A stretch of DNA of 39,529 bases from Archangiaceae bacterium. GTDB lineage: Bacteria > Myxococcota > Myxococcia > Myxococcales > Myxococcaceae. Made by a program: the position numbers and the translations under genes. Of this stretch, positions 9,058 through 17,417 are shown piece by piece; position 1 is the stretch's first letter; every line of letters starts with the position of its first letter. The stretch lies in NCBI GenBank assembly GCA_043750125.1, contig JAYVCD010000420.1:1-39529 (forward strand), read 5' to 3'. The notes beneath the pieces are model-generated. The model searched no databases. It was not told the DNA's origin and worked only from the letters and a program-made list of their open reading frames with translations.

Positions 9058-10245
9058 GTGCTTGCGTTGCTGCTCACGACTCAGGTGCTGATCTCGAGCA
9101 GCGCGCAGCCGGCGCCCGGGTCCTCGCTTCATCTCACCCTCGGCATCGACCGGCGGCTGTCGTGTCCCGTCAACGCGTTGCTCGAGAAGGCCGTGCGGTT
9201 GCGGCTACCCGCGGTGCGAATCGCGCTCGAAGGTCCAATCCGAAGCGGAGACCTCGTCGCGTCCCTTCAGCGCTTCGGGGGTGACGGCTGGCGCTTCGAG
9301 GTCAAACGTCCCGATGGCAGCGTCGAGATGAGCCGCGAATTCGGCGCGATGCCGTGCCCTCTCATCGCCGATACCAGCGCGTTGATTCTGGAGCGCTACC
9401 TGAGCGGCATCGACTGGAGCGGACGCTCCGTCGGCCTTGCCCCCCTTCCACCCCTCGAGCCTTCGCCGCGGACTGCCGACATCCCCAGACCGCCTTCTTC
9501 GCCCGTCGTTCCGCCGCCCGCCGCTCCGCCACCCGTCGCTCTCGAAGAACAGGTGCCCCTCGACGCGGGTCCGGAGCGCCCGACCGATGCCGGTCGACCG
9601 ATCGAACCGCCGGTGCCCGTTGCAGGCACGATCTCCACCCGCTCGGAATCCGACGCCGGAATTTCTCCGCCCGCTCGGCCTCACCCCCTCGACGAGCCTG
9701 CCCTGACGGCGCTCACCCTTTCACTCGGAGGGGGCGCCTGGGCGGGCGTACCGTGGGAAGTCTCGGGCGCGCTCAGTGGGCAGTTGGGCGTTCGCGTCCT
9801 GCGCCGCTTTCACCTTTCGCTGCTCTTCGTCGGCGCCCCTTCCACCGTCCGAAGCGTCACCTACCTGAACGAGTTTCGCGGGACCTTGGCCCTTCAATCG
9901 TTCGCAGGCCTCGCCACTTTCTCGGTCTGCACCACCGGAGCCGGCTTGTCGGCCTGCGGCGGACTGCTCGGAGGAGCCCGCGTCACCACCGCGCGCGCCA
10001 CGGGTCCGACCACCGGCCCCCGACTGTTTGCGACAACCTCGAGCCTCGCCGCGCTGCCGCAGCTGGGCCTGTACGGAAAGGTTTCCGCTCCGCTCTACGG
10101 CCGGTTTTCGCTGTCTGCCGACCTGATGATTGGCGCTCCGCTGGGTCGCGCTTCGTTCACCATTCAGGGCATCTCTGCGGCGGGGTACGCTACGCCCCGC
10201 GTCGACTTCAGCGGACTTCTCTATGTGGGCCTGCAGCTCTTCTGA
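9058..10245 (+). CDS. Exported hypothetical protein, possibly outer-membrane beta-strand-rich; first gene of an ECF cassette
   Basis: Signal-like VLALLLTTQVLISSSA, Cys-pair N-domain, Pro-rich linker, amphipathic beta strands ending YVGLQLF. Start uncertain (9049 or 9058). Confidence 0.7.
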   Translation: MLALLLTTQVLISSSAQPAPGSSLHLTLGIDRRLSCPVNALLEKAVRLRLPAVRIALEGPIRSGDLVASLQRFGGDGWRFEVKRPDGSVEMSREFGAMPCPLIADTSALILERYLSGIDWSGRSVGLAPLPPLEPSPRTADIPRPPSSPVVPPPAAPPPVALEEQVPLDAGPERPTDAGRPIEPPVPVAGTISTRSESDAGISPPARPHPLDEPALTALTLSLGGGAWAGVPWEVSGALSGQLGVRVLRRFHLSLLFVGAPSTVRSVTYLNEFRGTLALQSFAGLATFSVCTTGAGLSACGGLLGGARVTTARATGPTTGPRLFATTSSLAALPQLGLYGKVSAPLYGRFSLSADLMIGAPLGRASFTIQGISAAGYATPRVDFSGLLYVGLQLF

Positions 10246-10323
10246 CCTTGCCGGAAAGATTGTTTGAAGGACTCAGGCCCGCTGAGGCATCCACCTGCAT
10301 CCGCCTCGCCCTCGACTCGGTCC

Positions 10324-10887
10324 GTGAATGCCCAATCCACTGAAATCGCCCCTGATTTCGAGCTGCTCGCCAGTTGCCGGGCGGGGGACGCCGCCGCGTG
10401 GAGGCAGATTTACGACGCCCACTTCGAGTTTCTCGAGCGCATTTCCCGCCGGCTGGGAACTCCTGAGGCCGAGCTCGATGACGTGGTGCAGGAAACGTTT
10501 CTCATCGCGTTTCGGAAGTTGCGCTCCTTTCAGGGCGGGCAGTTTTCGACCTGGCTGTACCGAATCGCGGCGAACGTCGTCTCCGGCCGGCACCGGCACC
10601 GTCGCATTCGTTCTGCCTTTCAATCGCTCTTCGGCGAAGGAGAAGTGCAACACGCCCGCGCACCCGATCGCGAGTACGAGGCCAGCGAAGCCCAGGCCTG
10701 CGTCGCTCAGGTGCTCGAGCGAATGGCCTTCAAGAAACGCGAAGTCTTCGCCCTCTATGAGCTGGAAGGACTGTCGGGGGAACAGATCGCCGAACGCATC
10801 GGCTGCAAGGTCGACACCGTCTGGACCCGCCTTCACTACGCCCGCAAAGACTTCGAGCGGATTGCGCGAAAGCGCGGTCTTCCCTGA
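10324..10887 (+). CDS. ECF-type RNA polymerase sigma-70 factor
   Basis: Region 2 DDVVQETFL...FSTWLYRIAAN; region 4 ELEGLSGEQIAERIGCKVDTVWTRLHYAR. The ORF could start at 10264. Confidence 0.93.
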   Translation: MNAQSTEIAPDFELLASCRAGDAAAWRQIYDAHFEFLERISRRLGTPEAELDDVVQETFLIAFRKLRSFQGGQFSTWLYRIAANVVSGRHRHRRIRSAFQSLFGEGEVQHARAPDREYEASEAQACVAQVLERMAFKKREVFALYELEGLSGEQIAERIGCKVDTVWTRLHYARKDFERIARKRGLP

Positions 10888-10899
10888 CTGAAAGCAGCC

Positions 10900-12546
10900 A
10901 TGCCCGACCTTCCCGAAATCGAGCCGAAGCGACTGAGCGAGACCTCCGACTCTGACCTGTCGCGATTGATCGCCTCGGCGCGCACCGGCGCAGCGACGAC
11001 TCGAACGGGCTCGCGCGAGCGCATCTGGAAGAAGCTGATTCATGCTCCGGCCCCCAGCCACGCTCGGTGGTTGATTCCCGCGGTTGCGGTGGGGTGTGCG
11101 GCGCTGGTCTTCTTCTTCCGGCCCCAGCCTTCGGCTTCGCCTCTGCTCTCAGCTGAGCCGTTCGCCACCCTCGCGCTGGCCTCGGGAGCCGTCGATGCCG
11201 CCAGCGCCGGCGCCTGGTCCGTCGCCCAGGTCGGAGCGCCGCTGTCCGAGGGCTCTCGACTTCGCACCGCCGCGAACAGCCGCGCCTACACCCGGTTTTC
11301 CGGCGGCGGCGCGTTGTTCGGTGAGGGGACCCTCGCCGCGCTCAGCCGCGAGGGAGCAGGGCTCGCAGTGAAGCTCGAGGTCGGTGCGGCGACGTTCGCG
11401 CTGCGGCAAGACTCCACCCCTCTGCACGTCGGCGCTGCGGCCTTCGCCGTCGATACCCACGGGTCCGTTTTTCAAGTGAAGGTCGGCTCGGAGCAGGTCG
11501 TGGACGTCCTCGTTCATGAAGGCACGGTGCGCGTACGCGGGCCCTCGACCGACCTGGGGCTCGCAGCCGGACAGAGCTGGTCGAGCCGAACCGGTCCCGG
11601 CCACGCGACGATGAATGAGACCGATGCCGCGACTGCGCGTGTGCTCGGCGCGCTGAGCGAACCCAAAGCAACGCTTCGAATCCCCACCCCGGTCGGGGCC
11701 GAAATCACAATCGACGGGGTCCGCCTCGGGCTGGCTCCGCTCGGGGTCCTCCAGCCGCTTGGCCCGCACCAGGTCACCGCCGAGCATCACGGCGAACGAA
11801 TCAGCGGTCAGGTGGTGCTCGTCGCGCAAGACACCGCGTTCCAGCCCGCCGAACCTCCTTTGCCTCAGCTCGCGTCGCCGGCCGAGAAGCCGTTGTCCCT
11901 GCGCCCGGGCGAAGTCGACCCCGCCGCGCCGCTGCAACAAAAGTTGAAGGGCGCGCTGTCTCCCGGCGACCGCGACACCGCCAGCTACGAGCTCGCCCGC
12001 GTCCTTTGCCGCCGGGGAAAAAATACCGAAGCGCTCGGGCTGTACGAGAAATTGGCCGTGGGGTCCGGCGCCTGGAGCGAGCCGGCTCTCTACGAAGTCG
12101 GTCGCCTCAAGCTGCGCTCGCTCTCCGACCCCGCCGGTGCGGTCACCGCGTACGCCGACTATCGCCGCCGATATCCCGCCGGGGCGCTCGCGCACGAGGT
12201 CGCGCTGAGCTCGATCGAAGCGCAGCTCGCGCGGGGCTCGGTCACAGACGCACTGCGCGAGATGGACGCTTTCCTGGTCACGTTTGCTTCGAGCGAGCGG
12301 CTCGAAGACGTCCGCTTCGTTCGCGCCACCGTCCGCCGAGATCGCGGCGATTGTGAAGGGGCGCTGTTCGATTACCTCTTGTTGGTGAAGAGCGCGCGCC
12401 ACGGCGACGACGCGCTGTACTTCTCGGCCTATTGCGCTCAGCAGCAGGGTGACGCGAACGCCGCGCGGCGCGGCCTGTCGCAGTACGTGCTCCAGTTTCC
12501 CGGAGGCCGTCACCTGGCCGAGGCGAGGGCGGCGTTGGGTCGGTAG
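10900..12546 (+). CDS. FecR-like anti-sigma factor with PEGA-like and TPR-like regions
   Basis: Follows the ECF sigma. TM WLIPAVAVGCAALVFFF, FecR-like GSVFQV..VLVHEGTVRV, PEGA-like GAEITIDG..G.APL, helical repeats ending YRRRYPAG and YVLQFPGG. Confidence 0.82.
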   Translation: MPDLPEIEPKRLSETSDSDLSRLIASARTGAATTRTGSRERIWKKLIHAPAPSHARWLIPAVAVGCAALVFFFRPQPSASPLLSAEPFATLALASGAVDAASAGAWSVAQVGAPLSEGSRLRTAANSRAYTRFSGGGALFGEGTLAALSREGAGLAVKLEVGAATFALRQDSTPLHVGAAAFAVDTHGSVFQVKVGSEQVVDVLVHEGTVRVRGPSTDLGLAAGQSWSSRTGPGHATMNETDAATARVLGALSEPKATLRIPTPVGAEITIDGVRLGLAPLGVLQPLGPHQVTAEHHGERISGQVVLVAQDTAFQPAEPPLPQLASPAEKPLSLRPGEVDPAAPLQQKLKGALSPGDRDTASYELARVLCRRGKNTEALGLYEKLAVGSGAWSEPALYEVGRLKLRSLSDPAGAVTAYADYRRRYPAGALAHEVALSSIEAQLARGSVTDALREMDAFLVTFASSERLEDVRFVRATVRRDRGDCEGALFDYLLLVKSARHGDDALYFSAYCAQQQGDANAARRGLSQYVLQFPGGRHLAEARAALGR

Positions 12547-12628
12547 AAGATTTTCTGAAGGTGGAGGTGGGGGCCCGGCATTCACGCTCGTCCAGGGGAA
12601 GGGCCCACAACGCTGTAGAGGAAAACAA

Positions 12629-14062
12629 ATGATCCACCACACGAAGCTCACGCTGGGATGTCGTCGCTTACTGCTCGCGTGTCTTGCGAGCTGTCTGGCT
12701 TCATGCAGCTCGACCAATGTCGGCTCGCGGTTCGTAAAATCGCAGAGCGTCTTAGCCACTCAGGGTTTGACCATCGAAGTTCAGGCCGCAGACAGCCCTG
12801 AGCTCGCGGGCACCCGACTGGTCATCGCCCCCGGCGCTTTAGCCGCCGACACGGTGATTACCCTCGAGCTGCAGACCGCCGATCTCACCGACGCAAAGGA
12901 CAAGGCCGCCGGAGCCGTCGCCCTCTGGGGTCCCGCCGGAACGAAGTTCCTGACGCCCGTCGAGCTCACCCTTCCGTTCAGCCTGGCTGCCGGCGAGAGC
13001 GCCGAAGGTCTGTTCGTCCAGGTCAGCGAAGACGACGGCACCCGCTTCATCATCGACCACAACGAGTTGGCGGTGGATGAAGCGGGCAAGCTCGTCCGCT
13101 TTGCCGTCAACGGCTTCACCGGCTTTCAGCCCGCCTCGACCGCGGGCTGTGGCGCGAACACCCCGTGCACCGCCGGCACCGTCTGCGTCAACGGACAGTG
13201 CCAGAACACCTGTGGCGCGAACGGAGTTCTGTGCGCTCCCGGTCAGAGCTGCGTGATGGGCCAATGCAAGAACAGCACGGTCACCTGCGGGCAGAACGGA
13301 ACCGTCTGCGCTGCCGGCCAGAGCTGCGTCAACGGCCAGTGCAAGAGCAACACGGTCTATTGCGGCCAGAACCAGACCCTCTGCGCCGCCGGACAGAGCT
13401 GCATCAACGGTCAGTGCACCCCCTCCCCCGTCTATTGCGGTGCGAACCAGACCCTCTGCATGTCCGGTCAGACCTGCGTCAACGGCCAGTGCCAGACTCC
13501 TCCGGTCACCTGCGGTCCGAATCACACTGTCTGCATGGCGGGTCAAATCTGCAACGCGAACGGGCAGTGCCAGGCCCCTCCGAACAGCTGCGGTCAAAAC
13601 GGAACTCCCTGTGCCTCCGGTCAGACCTGCGTCAACGGCGTTTGCCAGCCCATCAACACCACCTGCGGTCAGACGGGAACCGCGTGTGGTTCAGGCCAGG
13701 CCTGCGTGTCCGGGCAGTGCCAGAACCTGTGCGGTCAGAACGGAAACATCTGCGCCACGGGACAACAGGTCTGCGTGAACGGGGTCTGCCAGAGCAACTC
13801 CACCACGTGCGGACAGACCACCTGTTCGGCGGGCCAGGCCTGCGTGTCCGGACAGTGCAAGAGCCTCTGTGGTCAGAATGGAACCGTCTGCGCTTCAGGC
13901 CAGACCTGCGTCAGCGGCCAGTGCCAGAGTGGCTGCGGCACGGCCGGCACCATCTGCGCGATGAACCGGGTCTGCTCGAATGGCCAGTGTCAGCTGGTGG
14001 CTTGCAGCGCAAATGTCCCCTGCGCTCAGCAGTTCGTCTGCACCAACGGCTTCTGCCAGTAA
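12629..14062 (+). CDS. Lipoprotein with ZU5-like domain and 13 four-Cys repeats
   Basis: GAGG RBS before ATG 12629, lipobox LASC, ZU5-like LVIAPGAL...GPAGTKFLTPVELTLP, then tandem Cys repeats. Confidence 0.82.
   Translation: MIHHTKLTLGCRRLLLACLASCLASCSSTNVGSRFVKSQSVLATQGLTIEVQAADSPELAGTRLVIAPGALAADTVITLELQTADLTDAKDKAAGAVALWGPAGTKFLTPVELTLPFSLAAGESAEGLFVQVSEDDGTRFIIDHNELAVDEAGKLVRFAVNGFTGFQPASTAGCGANTPCTAGTVCVNGQCQNTCGANGVLCAPGQSCVMGQCKNSTVTCGQNGTVCAAGQSCVNGQCKSNTVYCGQNQTLCAAGQSCINGQCTPSPVYCGANQTLCMSGQTCVNGQCQTPPVTCGPNHTVCMAGQICNANGQCQAPPNSCGQNGTPCASGQTCVNGVCQPINTTCGQTGTACGSGQACVSGQCQNLCGQNGNICATGQQVCVNGVCQSNSTTCGQTTCSAGQACVSGQCKSLCGQNGTVCASGQTCVSGQCQSGCGTAGTICAMNRVCSNGQCQLVACSANVPCAQQFVCTNGFCQ
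13148..14056 (+). repeat. Intragenic tandem repeat of 13 degenerate units (consensus about CGQNGTVCASGQTCVNGQC)
   Basis: Counted from the translation; DNA-level repeats such as ggtcagacctgcgtcaacggc recur. Confidence 0.9.
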
Positions 14063-14080
14063 CGAAAACGCGTTGATCGG

Positions 14081-14121
14081 TCGGCCGGTTCGCTCGTTGA
14101 GGAACCGGCCGATTGCTTTTT
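14081..14121 (+). terminator. Intrinsic terminator between convergent genes
   Basis: 11-bp stem TCGGCCGGTTC/GAACCGGCCGA followed by TTGCTTTTT. Confidence 0.75.
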
Positions 14122-14132
14122 GAGAACGAAGT

Positions 14133-14564
14133 TCAGGGTCCGACGATCGCCCACACCGTCGAGACGAGGTGTTGGACATCGAGTGGCTTGTTGTAGACGA
14201 ACGTCGCTCCCAGCCGCGTCGCTTCTGCGTGCGTCGCCTTGTCCGCGAACGCGCTCATCAAGATGAACGGAGTCGTTTGATCCGTCTGGCGCAGCCGCTC
14301 GAGGACTTCCAGGCCCGACAGCTGCGGCATGTGGAGGTCGCTGATGATCAGGTCGGGGTCCGATTCTGCCAGCTCTTGAAGCATTTCCCGGCCATCTGCC
14401 GCTTCAATCACCTCGTACCCTAGAGACCGCAGCCGATGCGCGAGCAATTCCCTCATGTCCGGTTGGTCTTCCGCCAGCAAAATTCTCGCCTGCGCCGGTC
14501 CTTCCGGCAGGTCCCAGAACAGTCCTTTTGTTTCACCGTCACTCGCCAACCAGGTCTTGGACAC
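14133..14564 (-). CDS. Single-domain response regulator
   Basis: ILLAED, LIISDLHMP, MSAF, NKP motifs. GTG 14564 is preceded by GAGGAG. Confidence 0.9.
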   Translation of the reverse strand: MSKTWLASDGETKGLFWDLPEGPAQARILLAEDQPDMRELLAHRLRSLGYEVIEAADGREMLQELAESDPDLIISDLHMPQLSGLEVLERLRQTDQTTPFILMSAFADKATHAEATRLGATFVYNKPLDVQHLVSTVWAIVGP

Positions 14565-14589
14565 GCTGAACTCCTCTGCCCCCACGCAG

Positions 14590-14605
14590 AGCACGCCCTA
14601 TGCCA
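14590..14605 (-). promoter_or_regulatory. Sigma54 -24/-12 promoter motif for the response regulator
   Basis: TGGCATAGGGCGTGCT (GG-N10-GC), about 25 nt upstream of the start codon with the RBS in between. Confidence 0.65.
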
Positions 14606-14725
14606 CTGCCCCGACCGGGCAAGGCGCCTCGGATCAGCGGCTATAAGTCCCGATCGAGGCGGATTGCCACGCACTACAGAGGCCCCGACCCACCGCCCTG
14701 GGATCTGCTTTTTCGCTCCTCGCGC

Positions 14726-14741
14726 TGGTCAGGATTCTGCA
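14726..14741 (+). promoter_or_regulatory. Possible sigma54 motif for the DUF2382 genes
   Basis: TGGTCAGGATTCTGCA (GG-N10-GC), about 57 nt upstream of GTG 14798. Confidence 0.4.
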
Positions 14742-14797
14742 GACGTTATTCACCCAGTTCACCAGTCAAAAAAAGCTGGTTTGCGAAGGGTAAATTT

Positions 14798-15250
14798 GTG
14801 CGGTCCGCCGAGAAGGGTTCAAAGAAAAAGAGCGCAGTCAGGTCTGCACCGGGTACCCCCCCCATCGTCATTCCAGTCATCGAGGAAACGGCGCAGGTCG
14901 GGACCCGGGTGGTCGATACCGGCAGGGGCGTGAGGCTTCACAAGCACGTCACCCAGCGCGAAGAGCACATTGATCAGCCCCTGATGGCCGAGGAACTGAT
15001 CATCGAGCGCGTGCCCGTCGACCGGATCATCGCGGGCCCCGAGCCCACCCCCCACTACGAAGGCGAAACCTGGGTGGTCCCGGTTCTGGAAGAGGTGTTG
15101 GTCCTCGAGAAAAAGATTCGCCTCAAGGAGGAAGTTCGCATCACGCGACGCAAGCGCGAGGTCCATGCCTCGCAAACGGTCGATTTGAGATCTGAGGAAG
15201 TGTCAGTAGAGCGGTTCGACGAGTTGGAAACAGGAGGCCGTCATGGCTAA
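14798..15250 (+). CDS. YsnF/AvaK (DUF2382) domain protein, short
   Basis: IPVIEE..VG.RVVDTG.GVR, IERVPVDR, VPVLEEVLVLEK..LKEEVRI, LRSEEVSVER. Start approximate. Confidence 0.85.
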   Translation: MRSAEKGSKKKSAVRSAPGTPPIVIPVIEETAQVGTRVVDTGRGVRLHKHVTQREEHIDQPLMAEELIIERVPVDRIIAGPEPTPHYEGETWVVPVLEEVLVLEKKIRLKEEVRITRRKREVHASQTVDLRSEEVSVERFDELETGGRHG

Positions 15251-16295
15251 CGCAGTGGTAGCGGTATTCGACGAATACAACGAAGCGCAGAGCGCAGTGA
15301 ACGAGCTGATCGTGGCGGGTTTCGCCAAGAATGAAATCAAGCTGAGTGGAGAAAACGGAAACGGAAACGGAATGACGGCCACCCCCGAGGCGCGGCCGCA
15401 GCACGAAGGTGGAATCAAAGGGTTCTTCAAATCGCTCATCGGCATGGACCAGGAAACCGAAGACGTTCGCCTCTATGACGAGGCGGTTCGGCACGGCAAT
15501 TTCGTCGTCACCGCGATCGCTGTCACCGAAGAGAAAAGTGAGATCGCCTCTGAGGTGCTCAGCCACCACCACCCGGTCGACCTCGAAGAGCGGTCCTCCG
15601 AATGGTCGGCCGACTCGAGCTCGTCCTCACCGTCCAACGACAATCGGGTCTCCGAAGCGGCCAACCCGAATTTGGCTTATCAGCAGCCCGCCGCCCGAAC
15701 CGACAGCCGCGCGATTCCGGTGATCGAAGAGGAAGTGAAGGTCGGCAAGCGGGAAGTCCAACGCGGTGGAGTCCGAATCTTCCAGCGGGTCTCAGAGGTT
15801 CCGGTCGAAGAGGAAGTGACGCTTCGCGAAGAGCACGTCGTCGTCGAGCGGGTTCCGGTCAACAAGCCGGCCAGCGAAGCCGACATGAGCGCTTTCAAAG
15901 AAGGCTCGACCGAGCTGCGCGAGAAGGCCGAGGAAGTGGTGGTGTCCAAGAGCGCCCGGGTGGTCGAGGAAGTGCGCGTCGGAAAGGAAGTCTCCGAGCG
16001 CAAACAGCGCGTCCGGGAAACGGCCCGCCGAACCGATGTCGAAGTCGAGCGCACCGGTGACGAGGGCTACCGGGCCCACTGGCAGCAGGCTTACGGCAGC
16101 CAGGGTGGACGGTACGAGGACTACCAGCCGGCCTACGAGTACGGGTCGACCGCCGCCGCCAGCCGCCAGTACATGGGCCGCGATTGGGACGAAGTCGAGC
16201 CGGAGCTCAAGCGCGACTGGGAAGCGCGCAACCCCGGCAGCGCGTGGGAACGGTTCAAGGCTTCCATCCACCACGCCTTTCAATCCAAGTACTGA
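15243..16295 (+). CDS. YsnF/AvaK (DUF2382) stress-type protein with general-stress-protein-like N-terminus
   Basis: GGAGG RBS; VVAVFD..EAQ.A..EL...GF N-terminus; IPVIEEEVKVGKREVQRGGVRI; KSARVVEEV; C-terminal YEDYQPAYEYG..WDEVEPELKRDWE. Confidence 0.9.
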   Translation: MANAVVAVFDEYNEAQSAVNELIVAGFAKNEIKLSGENGNGNGMTATPEARPQHEGGIKGFFKSLIGMDQETEDVRLYDEAVRHGNFVVTAIAVTEEKSEIASEVLSHHHPVDLEERSSEWSADSSSSSPSNDNRVSEAANPNLAYQQPAARTDSRAIPVIEEEVKVGKREVQRGGVRIFQRVSEVPVEEEVTLREEHVVVERVPVNKPASEADMSAFKEGSTELREKAEEVVVSKSARVVEEVRVGKEVSERKQRVRETARRTDVEVERTGDEGYRAHWQQAYGSQGGRYEDYQPAYEYGSTAAASRQYMGRDWDEVEPELKRDWEARNPGSAWERFKASIHHAFQSKY

Positions 16296-16416
16296 TTGAG
16301 CGGGGCCGGACTGCCTGCGCTTGAAGGCTGAAATTCAATGACTCCTTGGCGGTCGATGCCCGGCCGCCGAGGATGCGCCTCCCGCCGCCGGAAGTGCGCA
16401 CCCCAGGAGTCATTTG

Positions 16417-16773
16417 ATGATTCACATTTTCTTCATCGCGTGGTCACTCGCGCACAGCGACCCCGACGCCCTCAAGCGCGAAGCCCGCGCAGTCAGCAAT
16501 CCCACCGGGTGCACCCAGCTTTCCCAGTGCAAGGTGTTGGCCCTGGGCAGCAAGCCATGCGGCGGCCCCAGCGAGTTCCTCGTCTATTGCTCCACCAGCA
16601 CCGATGAGCGCTTGCTCGAAGCCAAAGTCCGGCTCGCCACCGATGCGGAAAAGGCGAAGAACGCCGCCAACCAGATGATGGGAATCTGCACCGCGCTCAG
16701 TGTCCCGAGGGTGAAGTTTCAAAACGGCCAATGCCTTGCCGATGAAGCGAAGGCGGCTGACGTGCCGATGTGA
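16417..16773 (+). CDS. Small exported Cys-containing hypothetical protein
   Basis: AGGAG RBS, short hydrophobic N-terminus, C..SQC...GSKPCGGP..LVY motif; stop overlaps the next start (GTGA). Confidence 0.75.
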   Translation: MIHIFFIAWSLAHSDPDALKREARAVSNPTGCTQLSQCKVLALGSKPCGGPSEFLVYCSTSTDERLLEAKVRLATDAEKAKNAANQMMGICTALSVPRVKFQNGQCLADEAKAADVPM

Positions 16774-17417
16774 AGCTGTCCTCGAGCTGGAAACATCTGC
16801 GCGCGGTCCTGGTCCTCGGGCACATCGTGGCGATGGTGCTCACCGCCATTCCTGCCCCCGTGGGCGGTACGGACAGAGCCGCTTGGAAGAACCCCACCGC
16901 GCAGCTGGAATTTGCGACCTACGCCCACTTTCTCGGCGTTCCCCCCGCCGAATTCGAAGAGAAGCTCTACCAGTTGGCCACCTTCTGGATGGGCATTCGC
17001 GCCATCTACCTGCGCCCCGTCGAGCCCTACCTGCGCATCACCGGCACCGACCAACCCTGGCGCATGTTCGTCGGGCCCGATCGGTTTCCTCCCCGCTTCC
17101 AACTTCAATCCCGTACCGCCGCGACCGACTTCGTCACCCTGTACGAAGAGAGGTCCGAGCAGCACGTCTGGCACGAAGAGTTTTTCCGCCAGGAACGGGT
17201 CCGCAGCTACACCTACCGCTACGCATGGCCGGAATACGCCTGGTCCGAAGGGCAGAACTGCAACTACCTCGCGCACCGCGTCTTCGCCGAGCAGCCCGAC
17301 GCGGCCCAGGTGCGCTGCCGATTCTGGAAGCAGAAGACTCCCTCTGCCGCCGAGGTCATTGCCGGCAGCCCCCTCGAGCCGGGCACGTGGGAAAACGTTC
17401 TGGTGTTGACCCGATGA
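16770..17417 (+). CDS. Membrane-anchored hypothetical protein, HTTM-partner-like
   Basis: N-terminal hydrophobic helix and a GTDQPWRMFVGPD motif of the Q.W.MF.P type seen in HTTM-associated domains; coupled to both neighbours. Confidence 0.7.
   Translation: MKLSSSWKHLRAVLVLGHIVAMVLTAIPAPVGGTDRAAWKNPTAQLEFATYAHFLGVPPAEFEEKLYQLATFWMGIRAIYLRPVEPYLRITGTDQPWRMFVGPDRFPPRFQLQSRTAATDFVTLYEERSEQHVWHEEFFRQERVRSYTYRYAWPEYAWSEGQNCNYLAHRVFAEQPDAAQVRCRFWKQKTPSAAEVIAGSPLEPGTWENVLVLTR

Noticed and set aside
11149-12759. Long antisense or alternate-frame ORFs (for example 11149-12759, 19399-20859, 29752-31242, 36084-37286)
   Set aside because: They are shadows of well-supported genes, expected in high-GC DNA, and have no recognisable motifs.
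13148-14056. Regular DNA repeats as a possible CRISPR array
   Set aside because: The repeats are degenerate, in frame and encode Cys units; there are no identical repeats with unique spacers and no cas genes.
16736-17413. N-terminal extension of the tracked 533-aa ORF
   Set aside because: Arg-rich alternate frame of the 16770-17417 gene; the HTTM protein starts at the ATGA overlap at 17414.
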